DNA from: Sphaerodactylus townsendi
Lineage: Eukaryota
DNA length: 64,000 nucleotides
NCBI RefSeq assembly: GCF_021028975.2
Contig: NC_059428.1
Location: 27,528,001 to 27,592,000 of the forward strand
Direction: 5' to 3'
Shown: positions 13,802 to 25,432 of the stretch, in pieces
How the letters are laid out: every line of letters begins with the position of its first letter
Position numbering within the stretch: the stretch's first letter is position 1
The notes under the pieces: model-generated
Database searches by the model: none
What the model saw: the letters and a program-made list of their open reading frames with translations, nothing else
What the model was told of the DNA's origin: nothing
Program-made: the position numbers and the translations under genes

Positions 13802-16666
13802 CAGCAGCTCATTGCAAAGAGAACTATACCCAAACCAGTTTATTTTTTGCTTGGTCTTTAAGGTTTTTCTGGTGAGCGTGTGATTGCACTAGACTTGCAA
13901 GGTGAATCTGACACATGTTTGCTACTGGAGTCTGACAGGAATGTGGCAAAGGGGGAAAAAAGAAAACCCTTGGAGGATTGCACGGAAGTGAGGCTGCCTG
14001 CATATTGTCAGGGGAGCCCAGTTTTCCAGGACATAACTCATATAGAAACAACACAGAGAAGACAAGGTGGACCAGTTTTGAGGAAGATCAGGACAGACAG
14101 AAGATCAAATGCATTTCAGCTGTGAGCCACGAGAGCCAGAATTGGGGCAGAAGCAGACAAGGTAACACACACACACCAGTTTTTATGTCACTGTGACACT
14201 GTGAAGTGTCTGTATTGTGAACTGTTTTAATGGTCTCCGCAAACAGATTTACAAAAGTTCCTCATTTAGTAAGCAAACTGCATAGGCTCTCTTGTGTTTC
14301 CCCGTTAACGGAAACTGCTCGGAAGACGCTCCTCAACAGAAGGCGATCACACCGAGGAGTCTGGGTAAGCTGACCGTGTGCAATCAGGCCTGACGCTGAG
14401 CTTGGATTATTCACTCAACCATTCACAATTAAATCAAATTTACAAGCTGGAGCTCTTGCATGCCAGCCTCATGTAGTAGCGCGTGTGGTTTCTGGCAAAG
14501 CTGGAGGGTCCTTTCACATGTGATTACGCAGGAAGGAGGAAAACAAGAGGGGAAAATCCTAGAAGATAAAGGGTGGATGCTTGATGCGGTTGTTCACTGC
14601 CATACATTCTTCCTTTTGGAAAGTAATTACAGAGGGCCAATATTACACACGCTGTCTTCATAGGAATTTGAGGGACAGCTGCCATCTTCATGTCCTGTTT
14701 TACAGTTCCCTGGAGGCACGTGGCTGGACACTGTCTTCCAGAGGATGCCAGACAAGATGAAACCTTGGTCAGACCCAGCAAAGCAGTCACTGTGTTTTTA
14801 TGAATGGGTGCATGGTGAGGTCATCATACAGACCATTTTATGTCAGGAAATGCATAACAGGCGGCAGCATGCCTTCCTTCCCACACATTCCTTCCTCTCT
14901 GACCTGAATCCCTTTCCTGATTCAACCCTGGAAGAAGTGTTTCTTAACCCAGTTTAATGTCACGGCAAAAGACTAAACTGGTCTCCGGTTACATCAGGAT
15001 TTTTAACTAGCTTCACATTCTGGTTAAAAGACTTGGTTGAGTGCTGAATGTGAATAGCCAACCATAAATAATGTTTTTTGCAATAATGTTGGTGCCCAAG
15101 CAATGCATGACCATGGTTAAGTCAAGAAGGGGCAATTTATGATAAAGCGTAAATAAGGGGGTGGGAAGGCGTCACTGTGAAAGGTCCACTCAGGTAGCCA
15201 GTTCCTAATCCTTTTAACCAAAGTTATATCTGTGTTGATCTTGAGTCACCGATCTATAGCTCTTCCGAATCATTGGAAATGTCTATGAGAGTCCAGCTGG
15301 TTACAGATCTGAGTTTATAATAGATCCTCACTTCCTTCAATAATCACTGGAAAACATTTCTATTGCCAAAATGTTCAGACTGTACAAGGTAATGTACAAT
15401 TAACCCTTGATTTAAGGGTGCTACCTCTCTTGAAGAAAACATGTTCAAAAGTATCTGTGAGTACATTATTTAAACAAAGGGATCCCTTTCACAGCTTTCC
15501 CAGACTCCTTCTGGACATATTTTTACTTTGCAGAATGAAATAAGGAAACATTCCCATCTCATGCCAGCATCAATGCAAGTCAAAAGCAACCCTGCCTATT
15601 CCAAGAATCAAATATTTTCCCCTGGTACTGGAAACAGAAATGATCAGATAAACTGCTGGAATATTATTTGTTTGCAAGACTTGGCAGATCGGAAATGCCA
15701 ATGTCATGTTCTTTGATGCTCGTTTGTGACAAAAGGGCAATGGCATTTTCCAGCCCCAACAATAACAAGGCCAAATATATGTAGCCACGCTTGCTCATAT
15801 CTATCACAGTCAACCCTGACTTTTGCTTTCTTCCTTCCCCGGACATATGCATGTCATCACGTGCACGTGCCCACTACGTCCTCCTGTCATTCACCGTGGA
15901 CAAACTCTCTACCCAAGAGAATAAACGATCCTCAAAGCAGACATTAAAAATGGAAACACTCAGAACCTAGTTGTAAGTTACATTTTTTCCGCCACAAGGA
16001 CTTTGAATGGGAAATGCCTTTCATACTTCAGATGTGTCATGGCTTTCTCCCATCCCGAAATGGTCCTAAGTACCGCTACTTGTCTTGTTAGGCAAAATTT
16101 ATGTGTATTGATGGTTACGCACAGGTTTCTCTAATGGGACAATGAGCTGGTCTCAAAGGCTATTTCAGGTCAGGAAACTGTCACTGGGGAACAGGATAAT
16201 TAAGCTTTCCTTATCCATATGCCAGAGTCCAGATCTGAATTGGGCCCCCCCACATGCCTGGGAAATGAGTTCCAACAACTAAACTTTCAAGGCACATCAG
16301 ATCAAGTGTCCCTGTGGTGAACCTGAGGAGATTACAAGAAAAACATAACACATCCAGAAAGTATCAAGGAAGCATTTCAACCCCCCTGGACGTGCAACCA
16401 TTGTAGAACTTCGGAGGGGAATTCCAGCAAGAAGGTGCTGAGTTGGACTTTATACGCAGATGTAAAACTATTTAAAAACATTTAAAACAAAGGGGCTCAG
16501 CAATTACAACATCTCAGTCGCTTGTGAGTCAGCTTCTAAAGACTATGGTCTTTTCTACCATTCAAGCCCTATTATTATTATTCCTCTACATGAGGAAGTG
16601 AGAAGGAAAGAGAAACAGCAGGGAGGACACTCAGCACACCCACACGGACATTAAAAGGCTCTGCCC

Positions 16667-17120
16667 CAGAGGTGTTCCTCCCATTGGGCAAAGTGCGCAA
16701 TTGCCCAGGGCGCCTCCTTGTGAGGGGCGCAAAAACTGCAGGTTCGTTTGTGGGATTTTTTTGTATTTTCAGTGTTTTTTTCTGTTTTTGGCCTGCAGGC
16801 GCAGTTTTTAGGCTAGCAGCCCCCAAATTTCAGGGATGTTTCAGGAGACTCCCCTGATGCTATCAACCAGGTTTGGTGAGGTTTGGTTCAGGGAGTCCAA
16901 AGTTATGGATTCCCAAAGGGGGTGCCCTATCCCTCATTGTTTCCAATGGGAGCTAATAGAAGATGGGGCTACACCTTTGAGGGTCCATAACTTTGGACCC
17001 CCTGAACCAAACTTCACCAAACGTGGAAGGGATCATCAGGAGAGTCTCTTACTGATACCACCCAGGTTTTGTGAAGTTTGGTCCAGGGGGTCCAAAGCTA
17101 TGGACTCCAAAAGGGGGTAG
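16667..17120 (+). mobile_element. Non-autonomous element carrying ~196-bp nested-hairpin units, truncated; CAGAGGTGTTCC start
   Basis: Unit ggtttggtgaggtttgg...ccaaacttcaccaaac shared with 23160-23972 and 49340-50063. Confidence 0.75.
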
Positions 17121-17814
17121 TTCACATATATCACAAGAAGATCTGTTTTCCTCTGTGGTCCACTCTGCATCTGAGCTCACTTATGTTCTAAGAAAGAGGG
17201 CCTTCTTTCTCTTTGTAATAATAACTCTCCACCTTTTCTTGCTTTTGTAGATTTCACTGTATCAACTGAGTATAAAACTTGACACGTCTAATGAAGTGGG
17301 CTTTCCCTCAAGAAACCTTAAATCACAACAAACTTGTTAAGTCTTTTAAGGAACAGTGAGGCTCTGAAATATAAGCTATAAGCTTTCTGAAGAGAGGAGT
17401 TTCTCCCTCCTCTTTTTCTTCTTCTGTAAAGTGCTGCTCTCAAATAAATAAGCAAATTCACAACATGGTGGTTCCAGAGAGTTTTGTTAGGGCCAAACTA
17501 TATAGAGAAAAAAACAAGTCATGTCCAGATATCCAACTTCTTTTCCTCACAGTTGCAGGGCATGTCATTTCAATAGTCCATGGGAGATTGATTCAACTTA
17601 GGATTCCAGACCAAGGTGAAGGGGAGCTCCACTTATCCACCCCCTGACTTGTTTTCCTGAACCAAAATGGCCCCAAGAAGGAGTTATTAGCCTCATTTTG
17701 GAGTTATGAATGCAACCCTGGTCCCAACTTTTCAAAAAAGATTTGTGTAGCTTGATCCGTAGTCTAATGCACCAATCATAAACTGGAGCCCAAATGGTCC
17801 CTTAAAGTGTATGT

Positions 17815-17998
17815 GTGTGAATGTGGTTGAGTTGCAACCAACTCGAGGTGTTCTACTGCATGGGGTATACAAGGCAAGACATGAGCAGAGAAGGTTTGCT
17901 TTCCACTGCATAGCAGTCACCCGGGGTCTCCACTCCAAGTACTGACCCTCCTCAGCTTCTGAACTCTGATGAGATCAGGCTGGCCTGAGCTATCAGGG
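17815..17998 (-). mobile_element. 5S rRNA-derived SINE (5S-Sauria-like), decayed
   Basis: Reverse complement contains ctgatctcatcagagttcagaagctgag...agtacttggagtggagacc, matching the 5S internal promoter region. Confidence 0.65.
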
Positions 17999-18044
17999 TT
18001 GAAAGAGTATCATACTTTATTCCAGTTGAGCTCATACTGACTGC

Positions 18045-18430
18045 TTCAGATGAAAAGTTTGTCTTGATGCAGAACTGGAGAGAAAGATAATTTTCAAATG
18101 GTATAGAACCCCAATACAGCTAGCCTATATGATTAAGGGTTTATGCCCAAGACGTTGGCACTGTGGCGAACTGGGAGCATACTACACCCACATGTGGATT
18201 GAATGTAAGGAGGTAAAAAAGTTTTGGGGAAACATTTTGAACACAGAGCACAGGAAACACCCATCTGAGACTTCCTACGTCTCCTGGAGAATGGATGAGA
18301 GAAGCCGGATTTAACGAAGAAATATGGGAACAAAGAATACGAAGGATGAACTTTCTGCTGCTTGCTTGAACAAACAGAAAAAGAAGGAGGGGAGGAGGGA
18401 GAAAAGGGGAAAATGTATAGTCTGATTAAA
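18045..18430 (+). mobile_element. L1 ORF2 C-terminal fragment
   Basis: KIIFKWYRTPIQLAYMIKGLCPRRWHCGELGAYYTHMWIECKEVKKFW resembles the L1 cysteine-rich C-terminal motif. Confidence 0.75.
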
Positions 18431-18505
18431 AACGTAGTGGGGGCAAGTATGGCGGTTCACATCAAAGCATTCCAGGGTGAACATTTCCTTAAGTTCTGGA
18501 CTTAC

Positions 18506-18676
18506 TTGGCCTTGGCAACCACAAGGACGTCTGTGAAAAGGAAAAGGTGTCGTTCCTGGGTCTGCAGGCCCGTCTTCAGCTGCACGTGTCCTTCCAGGAT
18601 TAACGTTCTGTTGGGGGAGAGGAAGGACTGTACCAGCAGACACGTCTCTGGACTGACTGGGGAGAAGCAACTTTCC
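18506..18676 (-). CDS. ARHGAP20: ARHGAP20-family exon, PH domain N-half, ESCFSPVSPETCLLVQSFLSPNRTLILEGHVQLKTGLQTQERHLFLFTDVLVVAKA(K)
   Basis: tttttgctgcag|GGAAAG...GCCAA|gtaagt; 171 bp, phase 2-2; in frame with both neighbouring exons; PH motif ERHLFLFxD. Confidence 0.95.
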
Positions 18677-18992
18677 CTGCAGCAAAAACCAACACGGGAA
18701 GACAGAGATTGTTAGCCAAGCAATGAAGTTGAAGAATGATTTTGCAGAACATTCTGCTCTTAGCTGTCTGGTTTTCAACATTCATTAGCTCAGACACAGC
18801 TATCAATATAAAATGGTTACAAGAAGATGCTGATACCCCAATGACACAGACGTCTGATGCCAGTTCAGGAGATGGGCTGTGCTCCAGCATTCTTGGTGCG
18901 TACGAGGCTTAAGCCTGTGCCAGGGACAACTGCATTACTGAGCAGTCAGAAGAACCAGCAGATACCAGAAAGGGTGAGGGTTGAAAACTGGG

Positions 18993-19195
18993 ACAGTCAT
19001 TGCAGCGTAGTGGTAAAGAGTGTCAGACTACAACCTGAGTCATCCAGGTTTCAATCCCTGCTCTACCATGGAAACTTGGGCCAGTCACCTGCTCTCAGCC
19101 TAAGCTACTTCACAGAGTGATTTTGAGGATAAAATAGAGAGGAGGAGAATGAGATAAACCACTCTGTATTCCCATTGTGCTGAAAGGCGGAGTAA
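18993..19195 (+). mobile_element. Older Squam3/MIR-like SINE
   Basis: gcgtagtggtaaagag A-box-like, ggtttcaatccc B-box-like, cttgggccagtca core. Confidence 0.7.
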
Positions 19196-19960
19196 AGTGG
19201 TTCTCAACATCCTAAATCAGCAGCAGGCAAAATGAATGTCCCGTTTAATATGTTCCTGCTTGTGTGTATGTACACATTTGCATTCTGTACAGGCACAAAG
19301 TACAATGCTGGGAAACCTTAGGCTTTTTCTGTTCCCTGCAATGTATTTGATGGACCCCAGGACAATAAGGCACAAACTATCGGTCTATGTATCCAACACA
19401 AGAAACTAAAGCATTCCAGCGGTAATTTTGATCCTTGACCACTTTCATCATTTATATTTTGCCAAGATGTTTTGAGTGGCCATTCGGGTCGTAACGTTCT
19501 GATTGAGGTTAAAATAAGAGACAGGTCTGCCCTGTGCTATTTGACAAGCTTCACAGCAGAGAAAGGATTTGAGAGTGAATTTCCTTCATCCACGTCCAAC
19601 ACACTAGGCTCAGAATAGCCAATCAGAGGTCACTCCCTGGCCTCCCGTCTAGCCACCAGCATAATCCCTTGCCGCAGGAAATCCTCTCACTCATGCACAT
19701 AGTATTACATACTTCATTCATGCTCTCCCAGGCTGGGATACAGTCAAACCTCTTTCCCTTGCAGTGTGAACATCAACAGAGAGCCCTCAAGCCCTCCCTC
19801 ATGCGTTAAGAGAAAGGGAGGATTTAAACGGGGGGGGGGGGGGGGATAAACCGAATAAACCAAATAAAAATACTGAAGGAAGAGCATCTGGAATTTGAAA
19901 TCCAGTCCAGAGTGTCCCAGGGAGAGCAAAAACTGAAGTGAAGTTCAAGTACGGTTTTAG

Positions 19961-20265
19961 GAGAGCCAGAGTGGTGTAGTGGTTAAGAGCAGGTGGATTC
20001 TAATCTGGAGAACCGGGTTTGATTCCACACTCCTCCATCTGAGTGGCAGAGGCTTATCTGGTGAACCAGATGTGTTTTCGCACTCCTACATTCCAGCTGG
20101 GTGACCTTGAGCTAATCACAGTTATTTGTAACTCTCTCAGTCCCACCTACCTCACAACGGGTCTGTTGTGGGGAGAGGAAGGGAAAGGAGTTTGTAAGCC
20201 ACCTTGAGTCTCCTTGCGGGAGAGAAAGGTGGGGTATGAATCCAAACTCCTCCTCCTCCTCCTTC
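19961..20265 (+). mobile_element. Squam3-like SINE
   Basis: gagagccagagtggtgtagtggttaagagc head; (CCT)n tail. Confidence 0.9.
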
Positions 20266-20270
20266 TAGAA

Positions 20271-20366
20271 CATAGGTGTCAAACTCGCGGCCCTCCAGAT
20301 GTTATGGACTACAGTTCTCATCATCCCCTGCCAGCATCATACTGGGCCGCGAGTTTGACACCTGTG
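20271..20366. mobile_element. hAT (Charlie-like) MITE
   Basis: TIRs cataggtgtcaaactcgcggccc / gggccgcgagtttgacacctgtg; 8-bp TSD ttctagaa/ttctagga. Confidence 0.85.
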
Positions 20367-21074
20367 TTCTAGGAGAGCAATATCTGACAAGGAGTTCCAA
20401 CTTTGAAAACGGTGACACCTGGCATCTCTTCAAGACAAACAGATGGGGACTAAATTTCACTAATCCCCACCCAATTCTCAAATTTAATCTTCAATTTAGC
20501 TCTTCACGTCCTATGAATGTACTGATCTCACCTCTCTCTCTGCTGCTTTGAATCTGACAGAGTGCCATTCCTCCAAATGCTCCGTGCGCCTCCTTATCAG
20601 GAGAAACAGCTGGCCACCAAATGAACTCTGCAGGCCACTGGCCTGGGCTAATGGGGAGTGCGGAGGCTTTCAGGCCTTTCGTTTTCCCAGTGTTTGTTGT
20701 GACCCTCGCTGAGTGCAGCTGGATTACTCAGGGGTCTAGGGACAATGCTGACTTGGGAAACCCTGACAGCTGGTGCTGGCAGGACATGCACTTCAGTCGG
20801 CCCGCAGGAGCATGACTCACTTTCGCTGGCCTGAAAGGAGGTTGCAGACTGCAGATTTAGCTTCTCATTTCCCAGCTGAGTCAAGAACCCTTTTAAAAAT
20901 TACTACTTAATTGTGTTAAGGGTTCCTCCGAGTTTTACGTTATTAATTCAGCTCTCGGATGTTTACAAGCAAGCAAAGAGGAACTGATGGCTGAAATGAA
21001 CTGCCCTGTGATTTGCATACAAAGATCCTGTTTGGAAAGGGATTCCAGGGTGCCTAAAAGGTTGGTCCAAGCTA

Positions 21075-21237
21075 ACCAGATCTCAGAAACTAAGCAGAGC
21101 TGGCCTTCATTACTACCTGGATGAGAGACCACCAAGGAATTTCAGGGTTGTAATGAAGAGTCAGACAGTGGCAAACCATTTCTCTTGCTTTAAAACCCCT
21201 ACCGAGTCACCATAAATTGCTTGTGACTTGCTGGCAC
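21075..21237 (+). mobile_element. 5S-derived SINE abutting the gap
   Basis: cagatctcagaaactaagcag...ggatgagagacc matches 5S rRNA; Sauria/RTE-like 3' end (tcaccataa...gacttgctggcac). Confidence 0.7.
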
Positions 21238-21408
21238 NNNNNNNNNNNNNNNNNNNNNNNNNNNNNNNNNNNNNNNNNNNNNNNNNNNNNNNNNNNNNNN
21301 NNNNNNNNNNNNNNNNNNNNNNNNNNNNNNNNNNNNNNNNNNNNNNNNNNNNNNNNNNNNNNNNNNNNNNNNNNNNNNNNNNNNNNNNNNNNNNNNNNNN
21401 NNNNNNNN
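21238..21408. other. Assembly gap (171 N)
   Basis: Run of n. Confidence 1.
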
Positions 21409-23043
21409 CTTATGATGACCACAGCAAAGAGCTTTCCAGGAAAGTGAGAAGCAGAAGTGGTTTTCAATTGCTTTCCTCTGCAGAGGCCTTGCTGTTGGCC
21501 TCCCATCCAAGCAGAGGCGTATTGAGAAATGGTGCCTGGGGACAACACCTGCTCCAAGCACACACCCCATGTCCCCACATGCTCAGGGGCGGCTCAGATG
21601 GGCACCGCAGCAGCAGACTGGCTCCTGGACGGCGCCCATCTGAACTGCCCCCCTGCCTTCCTGCAGGCTGCTTCCTGCCCTCCCCAGGCCCTGGAGAGGG
21701 CAGAAGCCAGCCTGCAGGTATGGGGGGAGGGGGGGGGGTAGGATGTGGCACAACTTTTCACTGGAGAGTTCTTTTTCCCTCAATCTGCCTCTCTTACCAG
21801 ACTGTTCTTGGTTGACCCCACCATCTAGCCTGCATTCTGTTCTCATTCATCCTTAAGAAAAGGTTATGGTAGACACGGACTCCAAACAAGCTGTTTGCAA
21901 ACACCAGCCTTGTTGACATAGAAGGTTATTCATAAAAGCAGAATGAAACTGTAAACCTCAAACCAATTATTCTGAAGAAACTCCACTGACCTCAGTTGCT
22001 TTGAGGATTTGTAGCCTTGAATACTTCCAGAAACAGGAAATACTTTCAAGTTATTGTCTTTTTTTAAAAAAGGTGTGGGAGCATGCATATATACAAACTG
22101 TTCTAATTCTTGGGTTACATCAGGCACTGAGCTCAGAAGGGAATTTCAGCATCTGTGGAATCTAGGGGTGTGCACCATTGGGGGAGGGGGCATTTTTCAG
22201 ATCTGAATTTATTGGACCAAAACATTTTTAAGAAAGACTGAAAAAAGATGAATACTCATATTGGTAAATGGTACACACACACCCCCCCCCAATATCTAAA
22301 ATATTTCAGCTCTATTAAAGTCTATGAGGAATTGTTTTGAGGTTCGGCATCGTGGGGGGTGTTTTTCAAGGTAGAGGGACCACATCTGAAACATAGCTCC
22401 AGGTCATTCTCCTTAGAAGTGAATTTTGAGTCAGGGGGTTCAAGTTTATGGGCCCTCAAAGGGGGTATACCACCTTCCATTGGAAACAATTGAAAACCTC
22501 CACTGCCCCCCTGCCTTCCAACCTCCACTCTTTGGCATAAGTACATCTTGATTAGCTTCATTGTTCATGGCACTCCTGTGGGTTCTGTTAGTAACTGTTT
22601 GACACAAGTCCCTATCCCAAGTCCTATCAACAAGATGCAGATGAATTATTCTCAGTGGTGTAGGTTTCTGAGTGGGGATGGGTTCAGAATGGCATCAGGG
22701 ATTGGGGAAGGGACTGCTAACCGAACTGGGAAACTGCCCTGCCCACTTAGCAAAATTACGATGCAAACTGCATTGCAGCCACTGGCCAAATAGGAAAGCT
22801 CCAGTGAGTTCTCCTATTTGTCCTTTCACAATGCCTCTCCCCCTCCCTCCAGTTGCCCTGGAAACCAGCTACAAGGTAGAAAAAGGGCAACAGGAAATTG
22901 CTACTTCCAGAGCAATCCAGCAAAAGGGAGGGCACCTTTGCTAGCCCAGCAGAACCCACCTGGAAGCCCACCAGAGCACCAGCCAAGGCAAGTTTTGGGG
23001 GAGGGAGTTAACATTTAAAGCCCAATTGTCACCCTTTAAAAAA

Positions 23044-23142
23044 GGATGTTTGTTGTGAGGGGGGAAGGGAAAAGAGATTGTAAGCTCCTTTGAGTCTCCT
23101 ACAGTAGAGAGAGGGGGGATATAAATCCAAACTCCTCCTCCT
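23044..23142 (+). mobile_element. Squam3-like SINE 3' fragment
   Basis: tgtttgttgtgagg...ggatataaatccaaactcctcctc. Confidence 0.85.
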
Positions 23143-23159
23143 TTTCCTTTTAAATCCAC

Positions 23160-23972
23160 CTTAAAGGGAGAATCTGGGATCCCCAGTTAAAACAACATTT
23201 AAAGTGATGCTGTTTGGGGGAGCATTATCCCCTACCCTGAAACAGCATCACTTTCAATGTTTAAACGGGGGATCTCAGATTCTCAGATGCCGAAGGATGG
23301 ATTTAAAAAGAGTATCTGGGAAATCTGGGGAAATTTGGGGTGTACCTGCTGTCAGGGTGCAATTGTTAAGCTAGCAGGACCAAACTTTCAGGGTATCGTT
23401 ACAAGACTCTCATAATGATACCACCCAGGTTTGGTGAAGTTTGGTTCCGGGGGTCCAAAGTTATGGACCCTCAAACGTGTAGCCCCGTCTTCTATTAGCT
23501 CCCATTGGAAACAATGGGGGATAGGGGCACCCCCTTTGGGAGTCCATAACATTGGACCACCTGGACCAAATTTCACAAAACCTGGGTGGTATCAGTAAGA
23601 GACTCCCCTGATGATACCTCCCAGATTTGGTGAAGTTTGATTCATGGGGTCCAAGGTTATGGACCCTCAAAGGTGTAGCCCCATCTTCTATTAGCTCCCA
23701 TTGGAAACAATGGGGGATAGGGGCACCCCCTTTGGGAGTCCATACATTTGGACCCCCTGAGCCAAACCTCACCAAACCTGGGTAGAATAATCAGGAGAGT
23801 CACCCAAACAATCTCTGAAAGTTTGGTGCTGCTAGCCTAAAAACTGCACCCCTACAGGCCAAAAACAGAAAAACCCACTAAAAATACCAAAAAACCCACA
23901 AATGAGGGCGGAGCTTCAGACATGCAATGGGGGGAGTTGAACCTGTGAAACCCCCCCTTACCTACGTCCTTG
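23160..23972 (-). mobile_element. Hairpin-unit element (~2 x 196 bp) with CAAGGACGTAGGTAAGGG terminus
   Basis: Reverse complement of 49340-50063; gttatggaccctcaaa recurs at 23460 and 23656. Confidence 0.8.
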
Positions 23973-24944
23973 GTTCACCTTATCCAAATGCACAGTCCTA
24001 GTAGAAGCACACTTGAGAATCTTTCTACTGCACTGGTTACAAACTCCTTCAATTAAATTAGCATATAAATTTTGCCCATTTCACATGTTAAACTAAACGA
24101 TTTTATAACACCAGAGCAGCATTCTACAACTGGCAGGTGAAAGGCATCAGCAAAGGTTAGTTGAAATGAAGAGCCCTGTTTGACGAGTCTTATTGGCATC
24201 AGGTTTATGAACACCCACAGCTCCGAGAGCTCACAAAGTAGGGTGTGAGTGCGAAGGAAGATGAAACGAATACACACAAAGAGAGGTTTCTAACTTGGGT
24301 GCATATGATAAATCCAGAAAATTTAAAGGGGGGGGGCATGGTTTTATAAACATTTCATAAAGCTTTCTATTACGGCGGTTAAAAAAAGAATTAATGGAAG
24401 CTTTCAAGCTCTTTCGTGGCAAGCGCCAGCACAAAAGGTTGCATTGTTTTGTGACCAAAGCAACGGACTTGATTTCTGCTCATTGTGACCGCACGGGTGA
24501 CCTTTTTCCAACATTAAAATAAACGACCAATAAACCTGCTTCCTTTGATCTTTGTGTGTGAGAACTTTCTATTTTTTCAATGAATAGCTATAACTCAGCT
24601 TATCCACTGTGACAGAAGTCCTCTGCTCAGTACGGGACACTTTCATAGGCTCACCTGAAGGAGAGGACACAGCCCTGTCCATTTCAACATTAAGTCCTAC
24701 CTATGTTGCCTGACAAAATAGCTGTGCATTTTAGGTTGTTTCTCTGCTACCTGCCCAGGAGTAGAAAACATAATTCATACAGCAATATCAGCATAATGCT
24801 GTGTCATTGATCTTCAGAGAAATAAATGTCTTCACTACTCACAGCACAAACTAAAACAAGAGCAGGGGAAACTAAACATACATATCTGCAGCTTCAGGTG
24901 CTCTGCAGGAGTGACTCCAAAAAAGTAGTCTTGAATCAGCAAAG

Positions 24945-25160
24945 GCTGGCATGGCGAAGTAGATAAGAGTATCGGATGAAGATCCCGATAAACCCCAGTT
25001 TGAATCCCCACTTCTATCATGGAAACTTGGTAGGTGACCTTGGACCTGTCTCAAAAATGCAGCCTGGCCTGCCTCCCATGGTTGTTGTTGTGAGAGAATG
25101 GAGGAGGGGCAAACCATGTTCTAAACTGCTTTGAAGAAAAGTGGGATATAAATAAATAAG
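24945..25160 (+). mobile_element. Older Squam3/MIR-like SINE
   Basis: gtttgaatccc B box, ggtgaccttgg core, (TAAA)n tail. Confidence 0.65.
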
Positions 25161-25270
25161 TGCAAATGAGGTAATAGGGGAGCAAGGATTTGGCTGTACC
25201 TATTAATAGACACTTCACAGAACAGAGATGATTACAATTACAATCCATACTATAAGGCCTTAGTATAATG

Positions 25271-25432
25271 CAGAGGCGTAGCTCCAAGGGGACAGGGGAT
25301 GGGGGGTTGCGCGACACACCAGGCACGTGCCCCTATGGGGGTGTGGTGAGGGCGTTCCCGGGCGGGGCATTCCGGGGCAAGGCGGAGGACACACCAGTGA
25401 ACCGGGCGCTTTCACCCCTTGCTATGCCTCTG
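25271..25432 (+). mobile_element. GC-rich hAT MITE
   Basis: TIRs cagaggcgtagc / gctatgcctctg; perfect 8-bp TSD gtataatg. Confidence 0.9.

Larger units (their letters stand above)
22163..24000. mobile_element. Old hAT-type element hosting nested insertions
   Basis: TIRs taggggtgtgca (22163) / tgcacagtccta (24000); imperfect 8-bp TSD gtggaatc/gtagaagc. Confidence 0.5.
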
